Shown piece by piece: positions 25,822 through 37,571 of a stretch of 64,000 nt of DNA. Location: assembly GCA_001662655.1 (NCBI GenBank), contig KV460208.1. One strand, written 5' to 3'. The notes under the pieces are model-generated. The model ran no database searches. It saw only the letters and a program-made list of their open reading frames with translations, and was not told the origin of the DNA. The translations under genes were made by a program, and so were the position numbers. The DNA comes from Pseudogymnoascus verrucosus. Its lineage: Eukaryota. Position 1 is the first letter of the stretch. Each line of letters begins with the position of its first letter.

Positions 25822-26443
25822 GGTGGGAAAAGGTGACGGGTGTTTTGGTGACGTTCGTAACACATTCGCAGCTACAAAGCAATGCAGTTGAATACACAAA
25901 ATAGCAGGCTGTTCAAGTATGACGGCAGCGCTCGCTATAAGCTGAAGTCTTTCACAAAGTTGACAAGATGCGATCAAGAGCTGGAAGCAGCGGTCGGGTG
26001 TACTTGCTTCAATCTATTTAGGTTCGATTTAAGCGTCACTAATCGCAGGTCTTGGCAAAAGGCCGCCCGCAGGACACCGATCAGCATCCGACATAGGACT
26101 CGATCCAAGAATCGCGCACACAGGCAATATACAATATTTCTGTGTCCTGATACTATATTCACCAATATATCTCGTAAAATTGGTATTTTTTGTGCTCCAT
26201 TCCACCACCGACTCTGGTGTTCCTCAATTGTCTGAAATGCACCCCTCCATGTTTTGTTTATGTCTTGGCCATTTATCCCTTAGCGCGAGGGGAGTTGTTG
26301 CTGGCGCGTTGTCCCTGGACAACCCCCGAGATATTGTACGACTACGGAGCCGCTTGGCCTTATAGCTCCAGAGCCTGTTTCGTCCACTCCAGTGGATGTC
26401 GTCCGGGTAGCCATGACAACAAGAACTACTTGAATTATATGGC

Positions 26444-27268
26444 TCAGAACAAGAAAAGTCTGGCTTTGGCATCGTTAACCACCCAAGCTAGCCCTTCGTT
26501 GAGGTTTGTACCTGTAACGGCGCTGCAACGTATGATGTGCCATTTATGCGATCGGATCTCATCTAGCCGCAAGCCCTAACCATGATATTCTGTTAGCGGA
26601 TGACTTTCGACATACGAAATAAGTATCGTGCGCAAACCTCTTGGATTTCTGTCTCATCCATGCAGCCGTTGACATCTGTCTTGTTCGCGAAGACAAGGAG
26701 ACTCGCTCCAGAGAGTCTCTAGGAAAACAATGGTGTCAGCGTTGGCACGAACACGGGGTAAAAGGGGATCGCTGACGAACTTCCTCTTGCAACAGGCCTT
26801 GTAATTCGGTCCTGCAGTCTTCAACACGCAGACGATCAGTCGCATCAACTACCCAGATAAGGGCGTCGGTCTTTTCAAAGTAATTTCTCCAGTATGATCT
26901 CAAAGTTTTCTGGCCACCAACATCCCCTCAACGTCAAAGTTAGTGTTGGGACTGTTCACAAGAAGTGGGCTGGAAATCTAACAAATATTAAGTTTATATC
27001 TTATAACCAATGTCAGCAAAAATACAAGGGTTTTCCATCTCTTTTACTCACCCCTCATAATCTATGGTCTTAATAATGAAGCCAAGAGTTGGGCTGACGC
27101 TATTAACATCTTCTCCCATGATCTTCTTCACAATGGTCGTTTTCCCTGCATTGTCAAGACCACTACAAACGTCAGCATCTGGAAAGAAACAAAGCAAAAG
27201 TGTTCGTACAGCATCAATATGCGCATCTCTTTGTCCTTCAAACGCGCTTTTCTTAATATGGACAACAT
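26444..27268 (-). CDS. ARL2: ADP-ribosylation factor-like GTPase 2 (Alp41/Cin4 orthologue), 6 exons; not in the ORF track
   Basis: Exons 27268-27210, 27162-27052, 26999-26983, 26926-26781, 26718-26638, 26575-26444 give [29 protein letters not shown]...SPTLGF...[24 protein letters not shown]...FANKTD...CSAVTG...RLFLF*. Confidence 0.95.
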
Positions 27269-27848
27269 CGTTGTCGTCCGGTGGTTGAACCTTTTGAGTT
27301 AATAACTTTCATGCTCAGGAAGTTATTAACACAAGCGATGTGGTCACGTGGCACATGCTCAGTGCCTCAGCCGCGACCATTCAGTTACAGCAACTGTGCT
27401 AGAGTTATAATTCCACAGCGTCCATTTTTAAATGTTCATTGAAGAATCTCTAAGACAAGGCAATGATGTCATAAATGCAATTGTTATAATAATTTATTAT
27501 TTTTAACTTGTAATCTGTAAGAGTTGCTTTGTTCGATTGTAAATTTGCCAGCGGGCTATGATAACCAGCTCATCCTTGCCAGAAATTAATCAAAGTGAAT
27601 TTGAGTCTATCATGGTTATCGGGATTATCGCCGAGTGAATTTGGGTATACGGGAGTTATTGCTTGATTGGGGCGGCTTTTTCAAGTGATAGCGAATACCG
27701 CTACTTTCTTTGTCAACGAACTCAATCTGAGAACATTCAACCAACTTCTCCTTCACAAAGTTTTACGGTTTACAAACACTTATCACCACATACGAAGAAG
27801 CTCTTAATTTCTACACCACACTTTCCATACCGGAGCAATCCTGTTGCA

Positions 27849-28091
27849 ATGCATCCAAATCCAACACCGCCTCACTTAAGGCGACCGAATCCTACACAGA
27901 ATCAAGAAGTCTCAACACAAGCTGCCGCAATGAAGCTCAATCCAATACCGCCTCATTTAAGGCGAGCCAGTGCCGAACAGAATCAAGAAGTCTTGACAAG
28001 AGCCACGGTGGTGCAATCCAGTCCAATTCCGCCTCATCAAAGTCACCCCAGCACAGCGCATACCCAAGAAGTCTTGACAAACGCTCAGTGG
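27849..28091 (+). repeat. Three degenerate 81-nt (27-aa) tandem coding repeats
   Basis: MHPNPTPPHLRRPNPTQNQEVSTQAAA / MKLNPIPPHLRRASAEQNQEVLTRATV / VQSSPIPPHQSHPSTAHTQEVLTNAQW; CCGCCTCA and CAAGAAGTCT recur at the DNA level. Confidence 0.8.
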
Positions 28092-30705
28092 GTTCCACCT
28101 CACATGAGGAAACAGCGAAAGGATCAAAGTGTTTTGGAGGCGTCCCATCCCAAGCTGGACCGCAGTCAAGAATCACACGTTTCCGAAGTTGAAACTCTGG
28201 TAAAAGAGAACATCCTCACAGAGATCGAGACAACCGAACCAGTGGCGCAATCTACAAGAACGGATAGTACGGGGAGTATAGAGCCACAGACACCCGTAAT
28301 GGCTTCTACCAAGGTGCCTATACCCCATCCTCAAACAGAAACCAAGCTGGTTGTTGCTACTCCTGAAGTCGACTCCGAAGTGAAGTTGGCACAAACCCCA
28401 AACCATAAACTACCCCCTCACCTGCGAAGGGGAAATATGATCCAGACACCCAAATCTTCTACGGATAACAGACAGATCTTCAAACAAAGCCCAATCTCAC
28501 CACCGATAACCCCCCCTGGCGATGCCAATGTGTCTCAATTCAGCTCGGATCAGATACCAGTTCAACAGCAGAAAGGCTTGCCAAGCTCTATGGGAGATAC
28601 CGTCTCGCCAGGAGAACCAAAATGGCAAGGGAATGTTGTATCCTCAAGCAACAGTCCTCTCTCGGCAGTTGGATCCAGGGCATCGTCGAATAGACTGGCT
28701 TCTCCTATTGCAATCACTTCATCGAGCCCTAGTTCAGCTGGGTCACCAATTCATATTTTCCCATTCCATCTCAGGAAAACCCAAGTTTCAAGCTCTCTTG
28801 CCAATTCCAAAGTCACCATCAGGGAGGATTGTACGGAGATTTATGATAATCCTGGCCTTCATTCTCGAAATGAGTCAGGAGCGTCCCGAGCTGGTTTTGC
28901 TTCGATAAAATTGCCTCCCCATCTTCGACGAGAATATTCAATTCCGGTCGAAAGCACTGGGCTTCTTGCTGAACAGAAGGGCCCGACACCGCCCAATGCA
29001 AATACAGCCGCCTCTCAAGAAAACGGCTCCCAGCCGCTGAGAAAGGAAGCAAAGCCACATTATATCCCACCACATCTTCGAGGCAAGAAATCGCATACGC
29101 AACAGTCTTCTGATCTGAACAAGTCAACGGTTGCTTTGATTCCAAATGAGAGTACTTCGGGCCATTCTTCCAATACTGTAGGAGGTGTACCCCTGGGTGA
29201 TAATCAAAAGGCTTCAACAACGGCAAAAACCGAACTTGAGGCTGTTACAACGCAACCGCCCCAGCCAAGCTCCAATTCAGCTCAGTTAAATGTCTCTCAA
29301 GAAGAAGAGTACGACACTGGATTTTTTCTTCATACCGATGGCGGGCCTGCCAAAGACGTGGTACCCAGAGTTTATTCGGATGCTTCTATCAAAACTCACT
29401 CTGCCCAAAAAGACGGAAGTGATGCTTTGAGCGAGTGGGCAGATCTTCGAAAGCCCGGTCCGGTCAAGAGCCTGTGTATCAGCGATGACGATTTTGAAGA
29501 CGACGCTTCGGTGAAGAAGTTTATTGGCGCAGCGTTGGCCGAATGCCCTGGCGATGTTATTAGACTCAACAGTCTTAATGACAATTATATCTATACCACA
29601 GATTCCGCAGGCCAAGAATGGCATTTGGATGTCACGGAAGAGTTTCTGGACGCCTTTGTGAAGGTTTGGCAAAAGAAACTCCCGGAAGAAGTTATTGTTG
29701 TCGATGTCAAAGCGATGGGATTCACAGACAGCTTCCCAATTAACATCAATTCGTTTATGGATGTACTTGAACATCCTGAATCTTTTCCAAGTAAGTTCTT
29801 TTGCCATATATCGAGACTGTTTCTAATTCTTTCCAGATCCCTGTACAGATAATAAAGAGAAGCAAGAGAGATGGACTTCAAATACTGCAATGGAGCGAAG
29901 ACAGACGCGGAAGCTGGCTATCGCTCGGCGTCGCCAGCGGGGGAAGAACACATATTTTGTACCAAACATGCAACTGGGTGTCCAACCTTTCGACTGGGGA
30001 GAAGCTGCCGTCCCGGAAAAACCATATATCGCCATACACGTCCGCCCGGCAGAGATGAAAGACGTTCCTGGCATTACAGCAATTTACAATCAATGGGTCT
30101 TGAACTCTTTCATTCCTGAAGACCAGCAGCCGGTTACTGAAGAGGACATCAAGGCTGTCTTCGAGGCTACACGAAAATGTTCTTACCCGTTCATTGTCGC
30201 CATTCGAGGAGACCCTCCTGTCGGAAGCCGTGTCGCAAAGTCCAATGAGGTGGTTGGATTCGCCATGGTAGAAAGGTGTCTGGGATTCGGTGGTGCCTTC
30301 AATGGCCGATCCCGATCCACCGCGACGATTCAATTCTACGTCCATCGAGAATGCTTGCGACATGGAATCGGCGGGCACTTACTTGACCAGCTCTTGAGGC
30401 GTGTTTCTAGATTACACGTGCCGTTTTCTGACCGCAACCTTTGGATCAACCCCACCAGGGACGCTCTTTACGAACAGATCTCGAACAGATTCCACCAGAT
30501 TGTGGTCAATAGACCCGTCGACAAGCCAAATGACCCGGACTTCATGTGGTTTGACGCGTTCATGAAAAAATACAAGATTTGGGAGAGGCATCGTACTGTA
30601 TCTGTAGCTCAGAAGCCTCGTACAACTTCGGGGCCAAGTGCAACATTCCTCGACATTGTCACATATCAACATGAGGCAGAACTTGAAGTACGTGTGGAGG
30701 GTTAA
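27849..30705 (+). CDS. GNAT-family N-acetyltransferase domain protein with a long PPHLR-repeat N-terminus, 2 exons
   Basis: Intron 29791-29836 joins ORFs 27663-29852 and 29890-30705 in frame. The C-terminal VRPAEMKDVPGITAIYNQWV ... FYVHRECLRHGIGGHLLDQL resembles GNAT motif A. First ATG at 27849. Confidence 0.75.
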
Positions 30706-31260
30706 TCGACGTCTATGTTCAGAAAATCTTCCAATTGGGCAGAGCTATTCCGCGGTTGTCGGTGCCCAGCATCGATGCGTTACTTTCTGACTTTTCTTCC
30801 AGTCGGAACCTTGTCTCCGGCCTGGCTCTGCGCACAAAAACGCCGAGATGCTTGCTATATCTTATTCAGGAGGGTTTTGGATGGGGGTGAAGAATACGCT
30901 CGATAGAACTCCTCATGACCGTGGCTATGATGGCATGCGTGGCCACATTCAAGTTACTTGGTTCTCATACTCAAATTGCCTTAATGTACAACATATGAAT
31001 ACAGCCCTTTTAAATCCCATCGATTACTTGTCCCAAAATTTTAATAAAATCTTGATCGTCAATGCGATTGTGCTGTGGCAGTAGAGTATTTTGGGAGATG
31101 GAAGACCCCTGTATTATCATCCCATTTAATTGGTCGATGCCTTTTACCGCCTTTCGCAGCTACCATTTTCTGCCCGAAAAAGTCTCGACAACTAGAATTC
31201 ATCCAAGCCTGCACCTCATTTCTGCAAGGCCCGCCCAATAAATCCTCAATCTTCGACACA

Positions 31261-33682
31261 ATGGTTAGCGCTAAGAAGATAAAGGCTCAGGACGACTTCG
31301 TCCTGACTCTGTCCGATAACGAAGAGGATGCGAATCCCGAACTTGAAGTAGTCCCCGCATCCAGCGAATCGAAGAACAAGAAGCGCAAACGCGACAATGC
31401 TGCCGGTAGCAAAGACAAGTTAAAAAAGGCAAAGAAGGACAAGAATGTGGAAGTAGACGAAGAGGAGGAGGGAAATGACGGGGTTTGGGGCACCAAGGAG
31501 GATGATGATGGAGCTATGGATTCCGATTTCGAGTTTCAGCTTGAGGCAGCGGACGCAGCGGGCGAAATGGAGGAGTTCGAAGGGTGGGGGTTTGAGAGTG
31601 CTAAGAAGAGCTTTGCTGGTGGAGCGTCGAAGGCCGGCGACAAGAGGGCTGTTGATATTGACGAGATTATTGCCAGGAGGAAAGCCAAGAAGGGCGGCAA
31701 CGCTGAGGAGGTCGACGATGTTGAGAGCAACGATGAGGATGCTGTAATGCACAACGACGAAGACGAATTTATGGCGGAGGATGGCTTCGGTATGGGTGTT
31801 GCTTCAGATGAAGAAGAGAGTGGAGATGAGGCCGCAGAAGACGAGGATGAGAGCATGGGAGAGGCTGGTGACGATAATGGTGATGCCGACTCTGATGACG
31901 AGTCTGTCGCTTCTGCGCAACCACACCCAGACGATATTCAGGGAGCGTCATCGGATGAGGAGTCTGACGACGACGTAGAGGAGGCTGCCCGCAGAGATGC
32001 ATTTTTTGCACCAGAAGAGAAATCTGAAAAGACTGCGACGAAGGGCGAGGTTTTGTCCTTCCAGACCATGTCACTGTCAAGGCCTATCCATCGTGGTCTG
32101 GCAGCATGTGGATTTTCGGCGCCGACACCTATTCAAGCCAAGACCATTCCAGTTGCGTTACTTGGCAAGGATGTCGTCGGTGGTGCCGTGACAGGTTCCG
32201 GAAAGACCGCGGCGTTTATTGTTCCCCTCCTCGAACGTCTCCTCTACAGGCCCAAGAAAGTACCAACCAGCAGAGTCGCCATCCTCATGCCTACTCGTGA
32301 ATTGGCTATCCAATGTCACGCGGTCGCCACGAAGCTCGCTAGTTACACGGATATCAAGTTCTGTCTTGCTGTCGGTGGTCTTAGTTTGAAGATCCAAGAG
32401 GCTGAGCTGCGTCTTCGCCCAGATGTCATTATCGCTACCCCAGGTCGTTTCATCGATCACATGCGCAACTCCCCATCTTTCACCGTTGATACCCTCGAGA
32501 TTCTTGTTCTTGATGAGGCTGATCGCATGTTGGAAGATGGTTTCGCTGATGAGTTGAATGAGATTCTCACCACAATCCCGAAGTCGAGGCAAACCATGTT
32601 GTTCTCCGCCACCATGACATCGTCTGTTGATAAGCTCATTCGCGTGGGTCTTAACAGACCTGTTAGACTGATGGTTGATGCGCAAAGATCTACTGTCACC
32701 ACTTTAGTGCAGGAGTTTGTCCGTCTGCGTCCAGGCAGAGAGGACAAGCGTATGGGTTATCTGCTTTATCTGTGCCAGAAGGTGTTCCACAACAAAGTCA
32801 TTGTCTTCTTCAGGCAGAAGAAGGAGGCACACAGAGCGCGTGTTATCTTCGGTCTGTCTGGCATGAAGGCCGCTGAGCTCCACGGAAGTTTGTCACAAGA
32901 ACAGGTTCGTACAATTCAAATTGTCTCTTATGATCAAAGCTAACATTATCTCCAAGCGTATTGCATCCGTCGAAGCTTTCAGGGACGGCAAAGTCTCGTA
33001 TCTCCTTGCTACCGATCTCGCCTCCAGAGGTCTCGATATCAAGGGAGTCGACACAGTCATCAACTACGAAGCCCCGCAGTCGCTTGAGATCTACCTACAC
33101 AGAGTCGGTCGTACGGCTCGTGCCGGGCGCAGTGGTCGCGCGTGTACTCTTGCTGCCGAGCCCGACCGTAAGGTCGTCAAAGCCGCCGTCAAGACCGCGC
33201 GGAGCCAAGGAGCCAAGATCGCCTCGCGCGTCATCGAGTCTAACGACGCAGATGCATTTGCTGCTAAGGTAGACGGGATGGCCGAGGAGATCGAGGAGGT
33301 CCTGAAGGAAGAGAAGGAGGACAAGCAGTTGGCTCAGGCCGAGATGCAGCTCAAGAAGGGTGAGAATGTGATGGTGCATGAGGATGAGATTAAGTCTCGC
33401 CCGAAGCGAACTTGGTTCGAGAGTGAGGCGGATAAGCGGACTGCGAGGAAATCTGGGCGCGCTGAGTTGAACGGACCGGAGAGCATCTTGAAGAAGAGCA
33501 TTAAGGGGAAGATGAGCGGGAAGGATAGGAAGAAGTTGGATGACCATGAGTCAAGAACAGAAGGGAAGGTCTGGAAGAAGGGAAGGGCAGAGAGGGAAGG
33601 AAAGGGTGCATTAGCACCACAAAAGGGAAAGAAGAAGGTGGCAGGTGGGAAACCACCAGGGAAAGGAAAGCCGCGGAGGTAA
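31261..33682 (+). CDS. DRS1: DEAD-box RNA helicase Drs1/DDX27 (60S biogenesis), 2 exons
   Basis: Acidic N-terminus, [53 protein letters not shown] and the Drs1-type [10 protein letters not shown]. Intron 32905-32956. Confidence 0.95.
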
Positions 33683-33799
33683 ACAGGAGCTGTTGTGGGA
33701 ATGATTACTTATATTTTGAGAGGACTTTGTATAAACCTTCACGGATATGTCATGACGCTGTCCCTGCATTGTCTATGAATGTTCTTTCCCATTGCCTTA

Positions 33800-36491
33800 C
33801 TAATTCTTCAAGTCTTTTACCTTTGCCTCTCCCCCACCCTTTCCTGTCTTCCCCTTTCCGTCGGCTCCATTGTGACCTTCCACACCCATCTCCCTCATGG
33901 CATTCTGTACCAACTTCGTCGCCCGCTCTGCAACGTCATCCCCCTTCCGCCATTTTACCAGAGTCACTCCCTCTTTACCCAAAAGTTCGTTTGCCCTTGC
34001 CCACCTTCTATTCCATAACTCCAACTTCTTGTTGATCGGCGGAGTGCTAGGGCCAGTAGGAAGATCAGAATCTGAGCTGTCGGGGCGCCTAAGAGTCGAT
34101 GATACATCGACCCGAGATGAGCGGTAAGCGTTGATTCTGTTTGAAGCCGAAGTAGCGTAAGAAGCAGCCTTTGCAGTTAAGGCTTGGCGGGTAGACAAAT
34201 TTTCGGATGAAGAGTTGACCGATTGGGGCAGCGAAAGATCACTACCGAAAGGCATATACGACGAGACATTGGGCATAGCATTATATGCTTCTGCTGCTTT
34301 GGCAGATGCAGCAGAAATATAACTGTCGTCGCCAGATGGCGGCTGCTTTTTCTGTTTCTCTTCGTCTGGGAGAGGGTTGTTGGGCTTAGACGTGCGTTGG
34401 TAGGTTTGGTGAGATGGTTCTGCCGGCTTGCTTCCAACACGTGAATCATGTGGTGCGTTCTCGAATGATAAAGTCCTGCTTCTTAACGAGAGAGGCTTGA
34501 TAGGTCGTGGCGGTGGTGCTGGTGGTTTGGCTCCGTTTTCGGCAACGGTTTTCCTCTTGATCTGCGGAGACTCTAGTTCTGCAAGGTCTGCATTGAAGCG
34601 CGACGTGCCATTACTGGAAGGTTTGTGAGCCTCATCGGCTTCGTCACCAAAATCGATAAGGTCGCCCATTATTGGCCCTGTGCTTGAAGCTGCCCGTGCT
34701 GGCAACGGAGGCCGCTTGTCAGGCCGGTCTGATACATCAGGTTTTTTGGTTCGCGTATTGCTACCGTATTGCCCCTGATATTCAGGTTTCTCAGTCAATC
34801 TTCGAGAAACGTAAGACGCGCCGTAACTTTCGTCAAAAAATGGCTGCTCAATTGGCGTGGTTACGTCTCGAATAAAGACCCTATATCTCGTTAGCCAGAA
34901 TGCCAGAAGAATTTGGAGCTGTGGTGACATACCCAAGAATCCTGCCAGGATTCGCAAGCACAACATCCGTGTATACTTCCAAATCCGCTTCCCCGCTATC
35001 GCCCACAAGCAAGAACTTCCTCTCCGGGAAATCTCGAAGGATTCTTTCCAGTGTGCCTTTCTTTCGTTCCGCAACAGGCTCGAATATCCCTTGCAACATC
35101 CCACTATATTGCTTCAGATGGTAGCTTCCAGGCGGTAGTCCGGCAGTTTGAAAAAAGGTTGCTAATACAGGAAAAAGCTGCCACGGCGAGTTCGATACGT
35201 AGTGTATGCCAACGCCCATATCGTACATCTTATTATACCACTCTTTGACGCCATCAATGGTAAGGTCACTCAAGTCTCGAATGAAGGCATTTCTGAAGAT
35301 CGTCCGCGCTCCGCTGCTAATCGATGAGTGCTTAACAGTATCGTCCACATCGCTAATCACGCTGACGCCTTTCGGCTCTGTGATCTTGACCTCCTCTGTG
35401 GCTGATAGGTTTTCTGAAGCGATAACACGGATGTGTGTTGGTACAAAGTCTAAGGCGGCTCTCAAATCGAAGTGACCGGCTTCGTTCGTCGTTACAGTTT
35501 TCGATTGGGACGACTTGTTGTCGTAAAAGAAAACCGTTATTGGTGTCGATACAAGCGGATTCGTCAAAAATGGCATTATCCTAGTCATCAGATTCGTATT
35601 TGCTGCCTTCAGCTCCTCTGGACTCATATCCGCCGGTTGATTCCACGATGACCGTTTCGGAAGTTGGCCAGATCCCATCGGTTGCCCGGGAGTTCCTTCG
35701 CCATTGCCTACTTGCGATCGGCTACGGCTATCACGCATGCTGTCAACGCGGAGTCCCTGCCCGTGGCCTTCACTATAGCCTCCTCTCGCTGCAATCTCCG
35801 TTTCGTCTTCTCCTTTCCGCATAATTTCTTCGGCCTCCCGTGCGATCCTCTCCTCGTCTTTCTGAGCTTCATGAGCCTCGTGCCTAGCTTTCAGGGACGT
35901 ACGCTCAGGGCTACCCTCGCGACTCTCTGGTGTTTTAGGAGCAGGGACGCCACTCAGCTGTCGAGCAAGCCCTAGTAGCAGGCGGTTTTTGCGGTTCATT
36001 GGGCCTCTATGAGGCGTATAAACCCAGCCTCTTACGTCCACATCGACAATCGCCTTATCATCTTCATATTTTTCCCATTCTCCCTTCCACCACTCCGAAC
36101 CACTGTCCGTATTGTCACCGCTTCGAGTTTGCGTTAGATCATGGGGTGTCGGTTCCGAGTTGGGCTGTCGCTTTACGTGTCGTTTGCAATATGAAGGGAA
36201 CAGAATCAGCTCTTCATTCCCATGCCTAACAATCGATACATCAGGAAACGACCCAGGCATGGGGTCCTTATCTTCGTCTTCCTCTTTCCTTGCTTCCCAT
36301 TTTGCATTTGCAGCAGTTTGATATGACTGCCTCAATTCATTCGCCGCTTTAAGGTATCCTGCAATCTTCCGTCTCCTGCCTCCCCTCTCGGGGGCTTCGT
36401 TCACTTCTGCCCCCTCATTCCTTCCGTAGTCATGAGTTGTGCCGTATTCAAAGTCGCCGCTTCCTCGTCGAGGATATCTCGGTGTGGTCAT
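33800..36491 (-). CDS. APP1: App1-like phosphatidate phosphatase (actin patch protein, DUF2183), 2 exons; a non-AUG extension to about 36848 is possible
   Basis: Catalytic DxDxT in VISDVDDTVK, plus HYVSNSPWQL, LPPGSYHLK and LVGDSGEADLEVY. Intron 34932-34881. The first in-frame ATG is at 36491. Confidence 0.88.
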
Positions 36492-37213
36492 TGCAGTTCT
36501 TTTTACAGAGCTTGCATCCTTATCGATATATTTGCTTGTGCCAGTGATTCTTCTTTGGCGGCGGCCCCGGAGGTACTCGAGAATACCCCGACGTTTAGGG
36601 ACTCTTGCTAGCCGCTTTCTCTGGCGATCGACAAGAAATCTGTAGATGCGCGCTTGGGTGCGATGTTTGTAGTAGGGAAGGGTGTTGAAGCGGAAGTCGG
36701 CTTGGTGGTTTCGGACCTTGCGCCAGGTTTCTGGAAAGAGGTATCGCAAGAATGATGTTCGGTGGTGAAGCTGGGGACGCAGACTGTTCGTGAGGGACTT
36801 GGACGTCCGAACGCGAAAGGGCGCCAGCTTTGAAGAGGCAATTATCAAATCAAGACAGGCTGTTGCTCGTGTGCGAAATGGTTATTCGCCTCGTTGGAAA
36901 TCTATCTTCGTGGGCGGGGTTCAATAAGCCCGAGACGAACGCGCGATAGCTGTGGGAACCGCGCAACAATGAATCAAATATAGGCGTGTTTAGGAACCTC
37001 TTCGCAGGTGGAATAAAGAAGATTAAAACGCGAACGCGATCACGCTGAAATCTGTTCTTAATGACTGTGGGATTTGGTCGAGACTCGAGGAAATGGAGGT
37101 GGGGTGGACGTCATAAACAGGCCCGAAGGCCCCTGCTATTTTGGGGTTATATTGGCACGAGCGGCTTCCATGGTTGTTCCTCCGCTAAACGTCAGCTTCC
37201 CCATACCAACGCG

Positions 37214-37268
37214 TGAGAGCGGCACGGGTACAGTTTTTAAGGTAAATACTGTACCCGTGCCGCTCTCA
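37214..37268. repeat. Perfect 21-bp inverted repeat with a 13-nt AT-rich spacer
   Basis: TGAGAGCGGCACGGGTACAGT (37214-37234) is the exact reverse complement of 37248-37268. Confidence 0.95.
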
Positions 37269-37571
37269 TAAATCAAAAGCTCTCCCGTCTGCTTCAAGGG
37301 TCTCATGTGTGCTATTTAATCAGCTTCAAAATATATACAAATCAATGATTTCTTATTTTCGAGAACTATATGCTCCCTCAGTAAGAGGTAGAGCGTAATA
37401 TCTATTGCGCTTCATTGCCTCATGAGTTAAGCTCATCATCCCCACCTGAGCTGGTATAGAATCGCTCATAACTGGCTATATACACAAAACCATACCAAAA
37501 AAACTCCTCATATGCTATCCCAGATTCCCTCGGTGTCGTCTAACGCTAAGTCAAAGTCGTAAGCAGTAACT

